Source: Coniocarpon cinnabarinum (lineage: Eukaryota). From it: a stretch of DNA of 64,000 nt. A program made the position numbers and the translations under genes. How positions within the stretch are numbered: the stretch's first letter is position 1; each line of letters begins with the position of its first letter. The notes under the pieces were generated by a model. It saw only the letters and a program-made list of their open reading frames with translations, did not search any database and was not told the origin of the DNA. Below, piece by piece: positions 62,119 to 64,000 of the stretch. Location of the stretch: assembly GCA_051942205.1 (NCBI GenBank), contig JAVECO010000009.1, forward strand, positions 62,001 to 126,000. The letters are read 5' to 3'.

Positions 62119-63633
62119 TCCTCACACTTGAGGAGGTATATCGCTGTACGTTTCTGATTTAGTCCTGCGCCTCCACGGAGAGAACGGATAGCAGGGTGGA
62201 GGAAACGCGGCCCTGCTAAAAGCCAGATTTGATCTTCCACAAATAATGATATGTTGCCAATGAGCTGATTGAGATTTCAGCTCGTGGCAGGCAATCGTGG
62301 TTCTGAACAAGCCCTTTCCTGGGCTATGAGACACATCTAATCAACCGTGGGAGTTTCCTGCCACTAACCACAATCATCAACCTAGTCTACGATGACTTGT
62401 GAAGACGCGTGACGGGCTCGATGGTGAGTTAATGAATGACGAAATGAGAATGATGATGGAAATCTTAATGATACAGAGAGAGAAACGTTGAAGGGTTGTG
62501 AAAGAAGGAAATCCGCAAACCCCGGCGTACCAAGTGTCCGGCAAGAAGACAGGGGTAGTCCGAGTGCGCGTCTGGAGAATGCTTCAAGTTCTCTCGGCCA
62601 CACCAATTCTTTCTTGCTCCTCATCACACTAGTACGAGCGCATAATCAACCTCCAATTCTGCTTTGCAACTTGATGAATTGAGCGGGTCATATTGGCGCT
62701 TACGAGCAAGTCTTTCACGGCCTCTTAAGGCTTCTCGCTTCTTGATTACTATAGCGATGAACCGTCACCTGCAGGCCGCACAAGCATGAACGCCTTGATC
62801 TCTGTAGCTCCGTCCGCGTCGACGTGATCCTTCTGCATGAGGACGGAATGAGCTGTCTGTCTGTGGGCAGAGCAAGTCAGATGGAGGGCAAGAATCCTCT
62901 CTTGACTGCATCTGCTTACCGATCATGAGGGCAGATTCGTATGTAGGGCTCTTGCGCCGCCCGCTTCCGTCGACAGTACGGAGTCATCATCATCGCATCT
63001 AGTTAACGCAGGCTGTCCGTAATGCCATAGCCACAATTAATACGTATTCATCGGTCTGCGCTGGAGATAGAACTAAATTTCTGGTCTTGTTCGTGCTTAC
63101 AGGCGCGCTGTGCTCGCGGGCAATTGGCCTTTCCCACGCATTGTTTTGCATCCACGAACAGGACGCTGACGTGATCAGATGCGCTCCGCAGTAAGCAAGC
63201 GAAGGCCGAGATCAGCTTCATCGTCGTGTACGTGAATTGCTATTTCCATACCGAGACGCTGTATTGTGGGCTCGTGGAAGGAGGAATGTAGGGTGCCCCC
63301 TTCTGGGTCTGACTCGAGGAAAAGCTTGAGATTGCCGAGTGGCACCACTCACACACTTCCTCTCACCTGCTGCAACACTCCCTCACCACTTTCGTCACTC
63401 TCATTCCCACCCGGTCGATGCTCACCTCCTTCGCTCTTTTCCACATGTTCCTCGCGCCCTGTGCGTAGATGCATGGCCGGCCGTGTCGGCTCTTACAGTT
63501 CATAGCTATCGTCTCGACATTTCCACTGTCCTACTGTTGCCATCTCTAGCGCCCGCCTTTGAGGCACTTCCCCTCCGGCCCTTGCGGCGTTGACGTCTGG
63601 CCATCTTGTGGACGCCACGAACTGCCCACGACC

Positions 63634-64000
63634 ATGGCGACAGTCGTCAACAAGCGTCAGCAGGCGCGTAATGAGAAGACTCTTCAAGAGCTCCTCAAAC
63701 AGCCTGGTAATGGTCGCTGTGCAGATTGCGATACCAAGAATCCAGGTAAGTGTTCAAGCCTCTCGACCAGCGTCTGCGCAAAAGCTAACAAATACCAGGA
63801 TGGGCCAGTTGGAATCTCGGAATCTTCTTATGTATGCGTTGTGCATCGTTGCATAGAAAGCTGGGGACGCATATCTCAAAAGTCAAATCTTTGAGCATGG
63901 ATACGTGGTCCTTGGATCAAGTCGAGGTGCGCACTGCTTCCATTTTGTGCCCTTCTGATTGGGATTAACGTTTGTCTCTAGGTGATGAAGAGAAACGGTA
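63634..64000 (+). CDS. ArfGAP-domain protein (Gts1/Age2-like), 5' part (runs off the right edge)
   Basis: Introns 63746-63799 and 63927-63981 give [64 protein letters not shown]. Confidence 0.93.

Overview
Eukaryotic, gene-dense fungal DNA (filamentous ascomycete/Pezizomycotina, judged from gene content and ~50-70 nt GT-AG introns with CTRAC branch points). About 19 recognisable protein genes are present: a Zn2Cys6 TF (cut by the left edge), STK19-like, DGA1, an INA17-like small mitochondrial protein, DUF3074, RCY1, SFK1-like, PUP3, Hsp20, SDH6, a TUG/UBX protein, a short Zn2Cys6 protein, FAR-17a/AIG1, a synaptojanin-like phosphatase, PEX10, ERD1, HEL2, Seb1/MsnA, DPH6 and an ArfGAP (cut by the right edge). 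Three gene-poor blocks (~5.1-15.2, 17.2-20.7 and 23.7-31.5 kb) hold decayed ORFs, diverged tandem arrays (~130, 212 and 153 bp units) and a RIP-damaged Gln/Glu/Lys-rich repeat gene. The most striking unexplained signal is a 225-nt, highly base-paired minus-strand segment at 26631-26855. It has the full layout of an RNA polymerase III gene (upstream TATA, 5' A-box-like motif, T6 terminator, downstream tRNA-like B box) but lacks the hallmark motifs of the fungal Pol III RNAs I can recognise by eye. All family assignments are by motif recognition; no searches were run.
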